The notes beneath the pieces were generated by a model. It did no database searches and was not told the origin of the DNA. It saw nothing but the letters and a program-made list of their open reading frames with translations. A program made the position numbers and the translations under genes. A DNA stretch of 64,000 nt from Phoronis australis (Eukaryota; Animalia; Phoronida): positions 475,387 through 539,386 of the forward strand of contig NMRA01000169.1 in the NCBI GenBank assembly GCA_002633005.1, in the 5' to 3' direction. How positions within the stretch are numbered: position 1 is the stretch's first letter; every line of letters begins with the position of its first letter. This document shows positions 36,005-50,082 of this stretch, piece after piece.

Positions 36005-37933
36005 TATAGAAATGATGTCACATAACTTAGCACCAATGACTGTCAATACCAACAGGGCACAGATTGATGTCCTCGTCCCATTAATTCTGCTTTAGTTTCA
36101 TTACCATGTCAATGTCTGCTAGGTAGAGATATCACTGTCTGTTTATATTTTGGTGTTAGTTTGTTGCATAGACATGGTTTGTAGCAAATGCCCAGTGCTG
36201 AAACGACGCCTATTAGCTTAGTCAGTTCACCTGACTTTTCAAATAAGGATATAAACACAGTCGGGAACTTGGCTGTATCTTTGGCTTGCGTGAAGCCGAC
36301 TTCGCGCTGGGGTCTGGAACGGGGTCAAGACAATCTTTGCTTTCCTTGCGTACAAAACAGTCATTGTGAAACTGGCTTCAGCTTGATAATTGGCTGCGCA
36401 GTTTGTACCACACTTATCCGCACTTATACCAAGGGTGCTTATAAATGGAGAAGTCAAAAATCAGGAGGTGGGCATTAACTGGAATGTGAGTGTTTGATAA
36501 AAATTTTGAGAAGCCAGTAGTAAGCATTTACCCAAATATACTGTCCACGAAAATGTTCAGGGATCTAGAATTATCTCGGACTCGTGTGTTAAAATAAATT
36601 GTACTTGGATGATACCCATGTTTTCCAACCTGAACCAGGCGAGGTGTCACTGAAACTCTTTGACTGTTTATCAGTGAACGGTACGCAAAAATGCCTTGAT
36701 TGTGTATATATGTTTTAGAGTCTAAAATTTGTGCGAGATGGACATTCACAAAAACCCAGGCACTTTCAAGGAAGTCTTGATTGCTGAGGATAGGCATTAC
36801 GCGAAACATGGGGTTTTTTGGTAAAAGCGAATATTTAGAAATTGTGCAGTTCAGCATTAAAACAAACATGGACGTTAATAGTAAATATGAAACAAGTAAT
36901 TAAACAAACAACACATGTAATTTCTTCAGTAATTTCTCATAATTGTTCAAATTTTATTATTTGCATTCCAAAATGTGTCTTCTTGCATTGTTCAGTACTA
37001 CCATCATTGACTGAGAATGTTCTCAAGTATGCTTTATTTCTGTTACGAAATTTAAGAAAACAGTAATGTCAGATTTTGGTCCATGTACATTTGGCCAAAG
37101 GCTGGTTCCGGTTCTGCTTTAGTGTCTTATAATACACAGGCTATATATGTAAATGTTTGTCCTTGACCCCTATTGGTCGCGTAGACTTTTAAATTCTTTG
37201 CAAGATGCTCTCTACATTATAAATCAATGTTCACGCTCCTCAGTCATGTATATCCCTTCAGCCCAATGTCCTTACTCAAGTCAAAGCCTGTGTTTGATTA
37301 CAAATAAGACATCAGAGGCACCTGCTCAGTGCAACCGCCGCCCCCGCTTTGCCTGCAGCACTAAAAAAGCAACTGCTCAATGAATAACATAGGTCGTTTT
37401 GATACATCATCTATGGTCTCGACCTTCATAGCTATCTTCATAGTCTCTGTGTACACACTCCAATTTTTAATAGAGAACTTCGTAGAGATATAGCGAACCT
37501 GGTTTTCCATTTTCAAAAGCAGAGAAATACGTTTTAACAAACATGAAAGTCTGGATTCTTTCCATTTTGCAAATTATTAACTACACACCATTTTTCTATT
37601 TAAAAGTGATAATTACAGTAACTTAAAATGAGCTGGGAATTACGATTCTTTTTCTGTCAAATAATGCCGCAGTACTGTGTTACCGATAACTTGCTGCATG
37701 TCATGTTTTATTCAGGTTTCTCAGAGCCACAAAACGATTGTCAGTCTATGGCCATCTATCTCGAATTTAACGAATTATATCCTAAATTTTTATAACCAAA
37801 AACCAAAAATATTAAAATTACGGTATCAGGTTCTGAAACATGTGTCCTATAATTCAGTGAAGGAAGTCAGATTCCGTGAATTCCGTCCATCCATTTTCCC
37901 TTATGGTGGAAAACCAGGGTCTCATAGAACTGT

Positions 37934-38015
37934 CACGCGTGCGCGCGTGTGTGTGTGTGAGAACTGTCGCGCGTGTGTGTTGTGTGTGTGTGTGTGTGTG
38001 TGCATGCGTGTGTGT
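37934..38015. repeat. (GT)n/(GC)n microsatellite
   Basis: Alternating purine-pyrimidine tract. Confidence 0.9.
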
Positions 38016-38811
38016 AATTTACAATAGTGTGTTGACAGGTGTTTCGACACAAATTTTTAAACCAAAAGTAGTGTGCTCTTTGTCGTTTGAGGTTTTGTTC
38101 CCATTATCGATTGCAAACCAATCACTGCATGTTGTTTATGACATCAGACCCATGTGAAGTGTCGTGAATTGCCAGGCAAGAGGTTTTTGACAGTTCTACT
38201 TATAGATCCTGGATTTCACCATCCTCACAGTACATCAATATACTAAAATGTTTATGACAATCCAAGTGTAAACAGTTGTTACCTAACACCTGAAAAATTG
38301 GAATGTGTAATCAGGACTTCAGGGCATAATTCATTCAGGACTTGCAGCATTCTGTCAGATCATTATCTCAGGTGTGTGGGTTGGCAAGTGCCACACATGC
38401 TTATTTAGACTGGGACAAAATTATCTGCATGGTGTTTTGGACTGCTGACTGGGGAGTAGGAATCTTGTGTTGGTTGGCTGACTTCCACTAATTATTTTTG
38501 TCCCTGTGTGCTCCTTCTTAAGCATACTTTTCAGTTAAAACATTGTAAAAGGAATTTGGCAATAAAAATCTAGCTTAAACTTTCAACGAAATGGTGCTCT
38601 GTCGACTAGTCACGTGTTTTTAAATTACCAGAACTAAATGGGTAATTTTCAAAATAATTTTTGAATTATGGGTGGTGCACCAAAATTGGCCTCCTAACCT
38701 AATGAACAACATTAGAGGAATGAATTTATAAAACATTTATATTCTTTTGTTGTTCTTGGAGTAGTGAAACTCTCTGTGATCTAATTGGGTGAAATCAGTG
38801 TCTTTAATGTT

Positions 38812-39340
38812 GCTTTTCCATTAGAAGCGAAACTTCGCTTTTACCGAAGTTTCGGTGAGAGGGAAAGGTTAACGCTTTGTAGTTAATCTGCAAGTGAAAC
38901 TTTGCTTAAAATAGTAGGTTTTAAAAGTGAAGCTTCAGTAGTCACCGAAGCTTTGGTGTAGTGGGCCTACTAAAAGTGAAGCTTCGTCGAAGTTATCGAT
39001 TGAGGTCACGGCAACGATATACAATCACGCGAGACTCGCAAAATGTGTTCTTTCTTATTGTGGTGTAGCCCATGTGCTCTCAATAGACAGACATAAATAA
39101 ATAAAAAAAACATGTCTGATAAAGAATGACACTAATCATTTTCATAAACACTCGTAAATGGCAGGCGAACAATTTTCAGTTAGCCTCGAACCCACTACTC
39201 AGTATCCGTTTGAGAGTACGAATGAACTGTGCCGTCTGTTAATTGTCATAGCGATAACTTCGATATCGCTGTGTAGTCAGAAAAGTAAGCGAAGTTTCGG
39301 AGAAGCTTCAGAAAACCGAAGTTTTCCTAATGGTAGAGCC
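38812..39340. mobile_element. MITE with imperfect ~40-bp TIRs and internal gaaacttcg/gaagcttc motifs
   Basis: Left gcttttccattagaagcgaaacttcgctttt; right reverse complement gctctaccattaggaaaacttcggtttt. Confidence 0.55.
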
Positions 39341-39939
39341 ACCTATTGTGACTGGGTGAAATGATGGGATTGTGGTCTGAATGTGTGGGGCATAGACATC
39401 AATTTAAGATGTGTATGGTGTCATGGGCTTTTGGAAGACAGTCCTCAGCACTGATATGGGGTCATCCTTGTTATAGTATTTATTCTAAATGTACATTAGG
39501 TGTAGATAGTGACAATAAACTATCCCCCCTTGTAAAGTTAGACAAGCTGACATATCTCATGCCTTCTATTGCCTTTGAGCCAAACTTATCTTGAAGGGTA
39601 TGTAGTCTGGGTCAAAAGTGTGTTATATCTTACTCATACTCACTGCTGTAGAAAGGTAGTGAAATTATGGTGAAAACGTGGTCAAAGGAACAACGTGAAC
39701 TGTTGCATTTTGATTGTTTGTAAATGCTTGCCAGGTCTTGTAAACCAGTTAGGGATAGTTACCTGGAATTGTTTAAAATCAGTGCATGCCTGAAAGTTCA
39801 TTTCTTGCAAACACATCCCATGGTATGGTCTATACAATCGGTGTTCTTGTGAGGGAGTTCTTAATTTATGGATGTAGAATTGAGGTGTTCAGACTTTAAA
39901 AACATGTCTGTTACTTACTCGTTAGTGTGTCAGAGTTTG

Positions 39940-40256
39940 GTAGTGAAGGGGGGGCATGTAGTGAGGGGNNNNNNNNNNNNNNNNNNNNNNNNNNNNNNNN
40001 NNNNNNNNNNNNNNNNNNNNNNNNNNNNNNNNNNNNNNNNNNNNNNNNNNNNNNNNNNNNNNNNNNNNNNNNNNNNNNNNNNNNNNNNNNNNNNNNNNNN
40101 NNNNNNNNNNNNNNNNNNNNNNNNNNNNNNNNNNNNNNNNNNNNNNNNNNNNNNNNNNNNNNNNNNNNNNNNNNNNNNNNNNNNNNNNNNNNNCATAGTG
40201 AAGGGGGGCACGTAGTGAGGGGGGCACGTAGTGAGGGGGGGCACCTAGTGAGGGGG
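39940..40256. repeat. G-rich ~16-17-bp minisatellite (gtagtgaggggggcac) interrupted by assembly gap 39969-40193
   Basis: Same unit on both sides of the N run. Confidence 0.85.
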
Positions 40257-41326
40257 ACCCTAAAAGTTTCATTAATGGTGCAGGCAAAGCGTGCAACTCT
40301 GACAGCTTTGCCGTGAAAGGTTTTGCCCTTTAGGGTTTACTTCTTTACTTCCCTACCAATGGGCTTTAAGAAAAATTGTTAAAGAGTTCTGTATTCCATT
40401 TAGTTTGTTGGGTTAAAAAGACTCCAATCTAAAGGTTTTGTTATTGAATTTTAATTCGATAAATAAATCTTTTGTATTAATTGAAATATCTACAAATATT
40501 CGTGTTATGAGAACAAACCTCAATGAACAAAGGGTGATTTTCATAGAAGCTTCTTACAAATAAACCCCTCCCCCTGTGTTGTCCGTCTACAAGTCTAGAT
40601 ATGTGCATTTTCTAATGGAACCCTGCTGTCCAAAACATTGTTCTCTGGGATTTTGTATTCTGCTAACATGTACAGTATGTCTCTACAGTCTCTGACCATT
40701 TCTTCACTTACCAATACTCTGACTACTGACCTGGCTACAAGTTATATTGATTAGATCAACTGCTTCAATCAATGAACTCACAATCGCCAAGTCTGACCTA
40801 CTTAGAAACTGTTTCCTGCAATGACTCCAGATGTTTGTTTGGACCTTCTCATGTAGATCAATACAATTTGAATTAAATTTAATTAGTGTTTTTGATGTTC
40901 ACTAAAGATTCCTGCAGACTTTTCAAGTGACCACCTTGGGTGTATGGAGTTAGTTGGACATGCTGTAAAGGGAAACCTAATCTCATAATTCGCTGAATGG
41001 ATGTATTGTAAACAAAGCAATAAATTGTGGTTAGGCCATAGAATTTTGCACAAATTGAGTGAACATTAAAACAGTTTCAGGGCTTCTGTCACAGTCTAGG
41101 ATTCAAACAATGAAACTGTCTGTGTCTGTCCCCAAATTAAGTTCATCCCTACAAAAAGTTATGTCATGATGTTTGATTTCTTTTGTATTTTTGTAACAAA
41201 TACTCAGTCATAAATAGTTGTGTGTATTGATTTTGTCATCTTGATTAGGTAGACCAGGGTTATTGGATCTAGGAGTAGACCTTCTGAATAATGTCTCGTA
41301 GTATTGTTACTGGTATATACTTTTAA

Positions 41327-41846
41327 GACCCTTTCATACTAATGTTGACGCGTTCATGTTTTGGGGCTTGCAGTCAGTATGAACTGTTAACTTTGGTCCT
41401 GCATTGAAGTTAACAGCGTCAGTTAACTTCGCAGTAAAAACATGGATTTAACAGTGTAACGTCAATGCTGCGGTGTGGTATGAGCGGTTATCTTCGGTCT
41501 CATCTGAGTTATCGCCAGGGGCCACTGCTATCGTCAACAAAATAAACGGTAGTTTCATCGATGATATAATTTGCTAATATTTTATACAAATAACCACCAA
41601 TTGAATAAGAAATAAGTTTTATGTTAAATAGATTATCACACCTAAATATTCGCAAATGGTCATAAAAAAATCTCAGCGTGCATAGCATACATCAGCTCTA
41701 CCTTGCGATTACTTTGATGACAATATCGTCACTTACTGTTTATTTCGATCCCATTAACTATCATGCTGGCACGAACAGTTCAATTAACTTCGTAGTTTCT
41801 GTGGACGCTCTGCTGATACCGGTGTTAAGCTAGTGTGAAAGGGCCT
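41327..41846. mobile_element. PIF/Harbinger-like MITE, copy 2
   Basis: TIR gaccctttcatacta ... tagtgtgaaagggcc; diverged homologue of 35506-36004. Confidence 0.65.
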
Positions 41847-41883
41847 TTAAAGGTTTGTTATTTAACTTATATCCTAACTATTA

Positions 41884-42520
41884 ATGCATTTTGGTTCCAA
41901 AGATAGAATTCCTTCTGTAGCAGTTTACTCCAAGCTTGGATTTGTGAAAGTGAAACAAAGAAATAAACATCTCTCTGCCTGTTGCATGTACAGATGTATC
42001 AATGGCTTGGCTCCAGCATATCTCAGCCACAAATTCAGTTGCAGTCCAGCTATTTACCCTACACGTTCTTTCGCTGCTGGTAATGTTTCTTTTAAAAAAT
42101 TAAAATCGAGACCGGCAAGGGATCTTTTATTTATGTTGCTACTGCAATATGGATTTCCCTTAGCCCAGGAATTAAACGGTATGATTATTTAATACTTTGA
42201 AAATTAATATTAAACAGTGGCTCTAATTTACTTAAGCATTCTTACACCTTACCTGTCTTAATTACGTCATTTTTCATTATTTAGTATGATCTTTTTATTT
42301 ATTTCATCTCTCTTAATCAAATTTTCATCATCCTTCGTCATTTACTTATTATCTAAATTCTAAACCTGTTTTAATTGTGTCTTTATTACATGTATTTAAT
42401 TATTGTTATACAACTTTATTGTATTATATTTCTGTAAATATATTTTGTTGTTGAGGGCCCTCTTGGAAAGCAGTGCTGTTACTGAGAGGCTACCCTCATT
42501 TTAAATATCATAATAAAAAA
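41884..42520 (+). mobile_element. 5'-truncated L2/CR1-clade LINE 3' end
   Basis: Degenerate ORF2 C-terminus (LGF..VKQR...MYRCINGLAPAYLS...YPTRS) followed by an AT-rich 3' UTR and A-rich tail. Confidence 0.7.
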
Positions 42521-43640
42521 GATATTGAAACCGACCTATCTGTGTACTTAGCCTGAAGTCTTCAAAAAGTAAATACATTCTGGGCATTGAAATTTGATAG
42601 AATTTGATTTTTTACTTTATCAAATCTGTTGGTAAATGAAATGGGTTAGTATATGTTCTCAGTAAAATTTATTGAAAAACCAAGATACATTCATAGGAAA
42701 AAAATGGTACTAAGCATGTGGGTAAATTTCATTTGATATAAATGTTCAAGATAAAATCTCGCTGTCACATTTTTCTCAAATTATTTTGTTTTCACTGTAT
42801 GAAAATTTTTGAATTTTTTACAAAAGTCATGAGTCGCGTTTTAAAAAATTGCTAAAAGCAATTTGAACAAAGTGCATTATGTATGGTGTCTGAATGTTTT
42901 ATGACGTCCCTCATAATCTTAATCACAACATGTAATTATTAATCTTTTTAAGGTACTTCTTAGTAAATAACTTGATATATAACTTGATATGCATGTAAAG
43001 ATCATTTTTCGATGGTAAACATTCCCAGAAATTGATCTGTTGTTAAACTGCGGCGTCCAAACCCTCGACTGTCTCGCAGTATCTTAATTGACGTCTGTCG
43101 CTGGCCTCTCCCAATGGAGGGATTGGCAGTGATGTGAGGTGTCAACTCAGGTTGGTATTATACATTTCAACTATGGTAGTCATTCAATTATTTAGCACAC
43201 AATAATTTTGGGGACAAGTGAAATTCTATTTTGTCAAGTGTCTTCACAAAAATAAAGATTAAGAAAATTAAAGTCTATTACTAGCATAGTTTGTACTGTG
43301 CATGCAGATGTGATAAAATACTGTTTGGCAAAGTTTCCACTATTTATGGTAAAGTAATCAGCTTTTGGAAACAAGAAAAATACTGTATTGTGTAATTTTG
43401 TCTTGCTGCCCCCCCTCCTCAATTTAGAATAATAATATTTCAAGGTTTTGTTTCTCACTAACTACACATACGAATAATTGACAAGTCGCTTTAGTATTTT
43501 GCTACTGTTGTACCTTAAAATCTGACCAAGTTTGGACAAAAGTAATTGCCAAAATTGAGTATTGTGAATGGCTGGCAGTTTTCAAAATATTTTGTGATGT
43601 TAACTATGGTACAGAACTTTTTAACGTAATTGATTGTAAT

Positions 43641-45406
43641 ATTTAAAATGAGAGTGGTTCTCCAAGAGCACCCTCAACACAGTACAATATAATACAATAC
43701 AGTACAATACTGTATAATATAATACAATACAGTACAATACAGTACAATACAATACAATATAATGCAATACAGTACAATATAATACAATAAAATTGTCGAA
43801 CAATAATTAAATACAGGTAGCAAAGCAACAATTAAAACAAGTCGAGAATTAAGATAATAAATAAATAAATAAATAAATGATGAAGGATGCTGAAATTAGA
43901 CTAAGAGACATGAAATTAAATAAAAAGACGATTCTTAATAGTAGTGAAAAATTATATAATTACCGTAAGACTTGAACATGGTAAAGCATTAATTTGATGC
44001 TAAATGTTGTCTATGAAAGAATGAGAACGCAGAATTCCACTTGTGCGCCACCTTGTGTGAGATTTCACCATAATAATATTCTGCTCCAAGCAGATAATCG
44101 AATATACATTTCCCAGTCTGTAGACTAGGTCTCCAAACTGTACAAGTCCTGTTCACACAACAGAAGATGACATGGATCAACTGACACAGAACAAGGTGAT
44201 CCGGCACAAGTATATGTGTAAACAGAACTGGCAAATTTTGTGATCTTTTTGCAGGTGGAGTAAGTTGCACTGGTCATCTTGCTCTGTGCCAACTATAAAT
44301 CAAAATGCCCAACTGGGAATTGTGTTTGTGCGGGTAATTGTAATTGCAGTTTCTACGATTTGCCAGTCATCTGTTCAGTGCGATGTCTTTTAACTTTAAC
44401 CATAATAACCATGTATTATATCTTCGGTAACTTGCTGGAATGCCACGCAGAACGATAATTGGTATTTGGCAAAAATAAGGAGACTTATTTTAATAAAAAC
44501 TATGACTTGATATAGTCTCGAATGTCTTTGAGATGAAAAGTNATTTAAAATGAGAGTGGTTCTCTAAGAGCACCCTCAATACAGTACAATATAATACAAT
44601 GCAGTACAATACTGTAAAATATAATACAATACAATACAGTACAATATAATGCAATAAAATTGTCAAACAATAATTAAATACAGGTAGCAAAGCAACAATT
44701 AAAACAAGTTGAGAATTAAGATAATAAATAAATAAATAAATGATGAAGGATGCTGAAGTTAAACTAAGAGACATGAAATTAAATAAAAAGACGATTCTTT
44801 CTAGTAGTGAAAAATGATATAATTCCGTAAGACTTGAACATGGTAAAGCATTAATTTGATGCCAAATATTGTCTATGAAAGAATGAGAAAGCAGAATTCC
44901 ACTTGTGCGCCACCTTGTGTGAGATTTTACCATAATAATATTCTGCTGCAAGAAGATAATTGAATAATATACATTTCCCAGTCTGTAGACTAGGTCTCCA
45001 AACTGTACAAGTCCTGTTCACACTACAGAAGATGACATGGATCAACTGACACAGAACAAGGTGATCCGGCACAAGTATATGTGTAAACAGAACTGGCAAA
45101 TTTTGTGATCTTTTTGCAGGTGGAGTAAGTTGCACTGGTCATCTTGCTCTGTGCCAACTATAAATCAAAATGCCCAACTGGGAATTGTGTTTGTGCGGGT
45201 AATTGTAATTGCAGTTTCTACGATTTGCCAGTCATCTGTTCAGTGCGATGTCTTTTAACTTTAACCATAATAACCATGTATTATATCTTCGGTAACTTGC
45301 TGGAATGCCACGCAGAACGATAATTGGTATTTGGCAAAAATAAGGAGACTTATTTTAATAAAAACTATGACTTGATATAGTCTCGAATGTCTTTGAGATG
45401 AAAAGT
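43641..45406. repeat. Direct duplication (43641-44541 and 44543-45406) joined by one N; each copy has a minus-strand LINE tail with a (CAATA)n microsatellite
   Basis: Near-identical copies; the 3' portions appear identical, the 5' portions differ by substitutions and microsatellite length. Confidence 0.92.
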
Positions 45407-45737
45407 CTGAAATATTGTCAGGTGATACAAGACTGAAATGTGGAATTTTGACACCGTCCAGTTTATTTCATAAAATCTCACTTCTCTTAGTTTTCAATCA
45501 CAGTGTCAATTCCAACATTAAATTAACATTTGGCAATTACTAAATGTAAAAGTTCTTATGTTAAAGAGCAACAAAAACAAATTAAAATATGGTATCGTTT
45601 CAAATGATACAGGAAATTGTCAGAACATTAATCACAGTCAACAGACAAGACTGCATTCAGTTGAAATGCCTGGTAATGTGCACTACTGATAATCAGCTGG
45701 TGGAGGTGGAAGCAAATTACAACTACTACAACAGTAT

Positions 45738-45800
45738 TCATGATGATGATGATGATAATGATCATATTACTATTAATAATAATAATGATAATAATAATGA
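45738..45800. repeat. (GAT)n/(AAT)n trinucleotide microsatellite
   Basis: tgatgatgatgatgataatgat...aataataatgataataataat. Confidence 0.8.
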
Positions 45801-47904
45801 ACTGGTAGTCCCGTCATTTGCAACTTCCTGCTTACAACTTTGGTTATGCCGCCACTACTGGGTTGTGTGTTGTGTTTTAATGGCTGCTTGATACAGATAT
45901 CTTGCTATGTGTCAGTTACCCAGTGTTAAAAGTTAATATCTTAAGGGGACTTCAGACAAACTCCACCACAGAGGGAACATTTCATTGGTTGATTACCCAC
46001 GATTCTAAACAATGCCAACATTCTTGTAACACTGATAAACATTCCTAATACAAATTAAAAATGGTTTCTTGTTGCTCACGGAAATAGTCAAAAGGTGACT
46101 CAGATGAACGTCAATTTCATTCAAATAAGATTGTCTGCCAATTTAGATTCAGGACTCTATTTAGTGACCTCAGATTTTGTTTGGCATTAGCTGGTAAAAA
46201 TGCAAAGTCGCCACGCCACTTCCGAGCGCACACAGGAAGTACTGGAAGCAAGAGACTGAAATCGGAATCTTTTGGCTCAATTGTGTTTGTCTGCCCAATG
46301 AGCTGAATACATTGTATCTAACTCATTGGTCAGCCTTAGGAGATGAGTCTATGCTCAAGACATTGACCAGGGTCTAAAAGGGTAAATTTGGCCATTACTG
46401 AACTTGTGAGACATTCCTAATTTTACTTTTCATGAAAAAACATTTGGAGGAACACAGACGACATTTGCTGAGTGCGTCAGCCTTTCACTTCACGTATCCA
46501 ATTGATTTCATCTTCAGCTCCTATCAACGAGGTTTGGCAACGTCAGTAGGTTACGTTAACTGTCGAGACCTGGTGATTAGTACCGAATTGAAGCCATCTT
46601 AACATTGGAAGTATACTGTCAAATTATATTATGAAAAAGTTTTCCAAGGTTATATGCCACCAGCCAAGTACTAAATCTCGATTCTCTCCCACTGCCCAGG
46701 TATTACGCTGATCTAATTTTTTAATCCGTCCCATTGTTTGGAAGAGATTGACCTCCCGTCTTTCAGATGTGTGGTAGTATTAATGTAATGAACATTGACT
46801 CACTCTATTCTATTTTATTAGATTGTGTAAAAATAGAATTCAAGTTTCAAGAGTTCAAGTATGTGGGTAAAGCATAGTAAATGATATTTGCAAGTGCTTC
46901 AAAACCTTCACCTACATGGCCGTTTATTCCCTCAGGACAGTACTGTTAATGAGAGGAAGACTACATGGTTTTGGAGAGAGTGGTGTGTTCTGTAGACCAA
47001 GTTTCTTGCGAAAAAAGCGAGATCATGCAAGACTACGAAAAATCCCGCAAAAAATCTTGCAAAATGGCAGCCACTAAAGGATTGGTCGATGAAGTTGGAA
47101 TGTTGAATTATGCGATAAAATTCATGACTTGTGGGATAGAATTCGTTGATTTCATTCTATTTGCGAAGATTTCTGGTGGTAAATGAATGGCTAATGTTTT
47201 GTGTTTTCTCACTTATTTTGCAAAAAAATGATTTCCAAAATAACCATTTTCTCGTTTTTCAAAGGCTAAATCCCTTTTTGGAAATAATGAAATTTTAGCA
47301 AATGTTATTTTATGACCTTTACATACTGAAATCCATGCTTGTAACAGTTTAAATTGTTCTTAATCTTCACTGCTGTGGAGAAATTTAACAAAATAGAATT
47401 TCACATGTCTGCCATGTTGTATGCTAAACAAATGAAGAATATACCAAGTGCTTGACCCTTGACTGGTTTTCTAGTGTCCAATGTTGATACTTGACACAAT
47501 ATATTACAGATGGTGGAACACAAACACCTGTACCCTACCTGTTTCACAGCTAATTCTTTCATAGCACCTGTGTGTGTGTTTGTTGAGTCACTATAAGTGT
47601 TTCAGAAGTCCTCTTTGTTAGCTTTGTTGTGTTCAAGCATTTTAGCTGAATCAGTTCCTTCAGCAGTGAAGACCCTATTGTCCACCCAGTGTATGTGTGT
47701 GCAGACTGCTTAGTTATGAATGGTTCTTTTTCAAGAAAAAGGAACACTACTTTGAGGATTTGGAATCTGTTTCAAAAATGTTGTACCAAAGATGACATAG
47801 CAATTACCCAAGCAGTGGTGATCAAATTCGAGCTGGTTTTTCTGGTAATGGGGCGTACTTTATTTTGATGTCACGAAGTTTATTGTGTACCTACTGAGTA
47901 ACCT

Positions 47905-47998
47905 GTGGACTCGCAAAATGTAGAACCTCCCCAATCTCCTACTTTTGTAACGTGGACTCGCAAAATGTAGAACCTTCCCAATCTCCTACTTTTGTAAC
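47905..47998. repeat. 47-bp direct tandem duplication
   Basis: gtggactcgcaaaatgtagaacc...acttttgtaac, two copies. Confidence 0.88.
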
Positions 47999-48909
47999 CT
48001 GAAAAACGGGCCAAGTGTTCCTTACCACTATATGGATAGACTGAAGTTATTTAAGGTTATGCAGTAGGCTCAAAAATGTCCAATTTTGGCAAACTTTGAA
48101 ACATAATATCTCAGAATTGGCTGTTTGGATTCATATTTTAGTTACAGATATAGCATGCTTGTTGGAATAAATGAAAAATGCAGCAAAATCAAATCAGTTT
48201 AGGAAATAATATAGCATGTACGTGAATTTTTCACCAAGACAGCTAGCATTTCCATTTTTATGTTTTAGCTAAATAACTATCATCGGACAATGTTTTGACT
48301 GAGAACTTGTCGGCACTCACGAAAATGTTAAAAGCCTGTGATAAATAAAAAAGATCATTGTGGTTACTTTTGTCCAAATTTGGTGAGATTTTATTCTGTT
48401 TTCCTCAATCACTACTGCCACCAAATACTGAGCCTGAGATGGGATCGTATCAGGCCTTGGTGGCACACTTCCTACAAGAAGAATTGTTGCAAAAGTCAAC
48501 ATAAAAACCTGTAAAATCTTGTCTGGCTTCAAATAAAAATGATTCAAAACCAATCAAAGTGGTAAAACCAAGGATTCATCAACTCAAACAGTAATCTAGC
48601 TGATAAGTAATTATCTCCCTTGAAATTAAAGGAACGAAAACGTGCCATGTTTTCTTGACATGTGCAGGTATACCGTCATGGTACTGCAAAACCTAGTTGT
48701 TCATGCTATTCTGTTTCTTACAGCTGTTTCCCTAATGTGATTTGAATAAGCAACCAGCAAACACATCTGTTGTGTAACAATTTGTCCACTGCTTCTTAAA
48801 GGATATTGTTCTAGATATTTTTAATCTTTCATTAAAACTGGCGAACGTTGGGAAGCAGTGTACGTTACAACTCCCAGGGCATTTGAGATAATCAAGAGGT
48901 GGGCGTTAA

Positions 48910-49931
48910 GGTCATGCTGGACCCTTGAAAAATGTCCAGATTAGGCAAACTTTTGGAGCATCACATCTCAGAAATAACTGATCGGGTTTATCCGAAAATT
49001 TCAGGTAGTAGGATTTATGTACTGCTTTACAAAACAATGGTTAGAATTGTTTTTGAAATGATCAGTTTTGCACGTGAGGTTATCAAAAATAAGGCTTACG
49101 ATTTTTATGAAAATAATGAGAAAATGCCCTTGAACAAAAACGAAATGATAATTTAGAAAACTGATACAGTTTTTTTGACATATTATATTGAAAATTTATA
49201 TCAAATGGAATAAAGTTATTTTATTGATGTTGTTTGGTTATGATTGTACTTTTTACTAAATTTTATGGTCACATAAATAACCCGGTCGATGTCAGATTGG
49301 TATGAAGTCACAAATCAAATTCTACGGACTTTTTACTTTCAGGGAATGTTTTCTTCAATTGCTGCATTGTAATTCATAGCTGAGTAGTTATGTGGCTAAA
49401 TAGGTAGACTTGTTGATAAGGCTCTACATAACATTCAAGTTATGTAACACCTTGTCCACAACAGTGTATATTTAGCCAACTGTAACCATATATATTTTGT
49501 GAAAGCAGAAAGGTTTTAGAATTTGCTCTTTGACTTTTTACCTATCTACCATTAATTTTGTGACGTGGCGATGTCTTTGGATAAATTTAGAAAAAATGAA
49601 AGGTCTATTGATAGCAAAATGACGGTATCAAAATATGATCAAATTTCATTTGATATAAATGTTCAAGATAAAATCCCCAAAACCATGATTACAATTTTCT
49701 AAATTGTCTGGTCATTTTCATTTTGTTTAATTTTTTAGTCATAGAAATCATATTTTTTGTAGCCCTCGTGCAGAAATGGAATATTTTGAAAACATTTCTT
49801 AACAGCGGTTTGGAGAACAGTTGCATAAAGCATAGTATCTGAAAGTTTCATACGAATCCAATCAGCCATTTCTGAGATATGATGTGCGAAAGTTAGGCAA
49901 ATTTGGAATTTTTCTAGGGTCCTGTATTACC
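48910..49931. mobile_element. Non-autonomous Kolobok-like DNA transposon (TTAA TSD, GG...CC termini)
   Basis: TTAA at 48906-48909 and 49932-49935; ~90-bp imperfect TIRs (GGTCATGCTGGACCCTTGAAAAATGTCCA versus GGTAATACAGGACCCTAGAAAAATTCCA). Confidence 0.75.
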
Positions 49932-50082
49932 TTAAGCCGTGCATTAATTATTGGGCGCTTGTCTGACAGTTACGCTTGAATAACTTGATCAGGGGCAAGG
50001 TGCTATTCTTTGAAATGGTTAAATGATGACTTGGGCCATAACAAGGGATTGTGATAACTGATGTCTGTTGTTTGGGTAAATA

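Noticed and set aside
43621-44951. Cys/Tyr-rich VLYCI-repeat proteins (43621-43831, 44490-44951)
   Set aside because: Translations of the (CAATA)n microsatellite in LINE tails.
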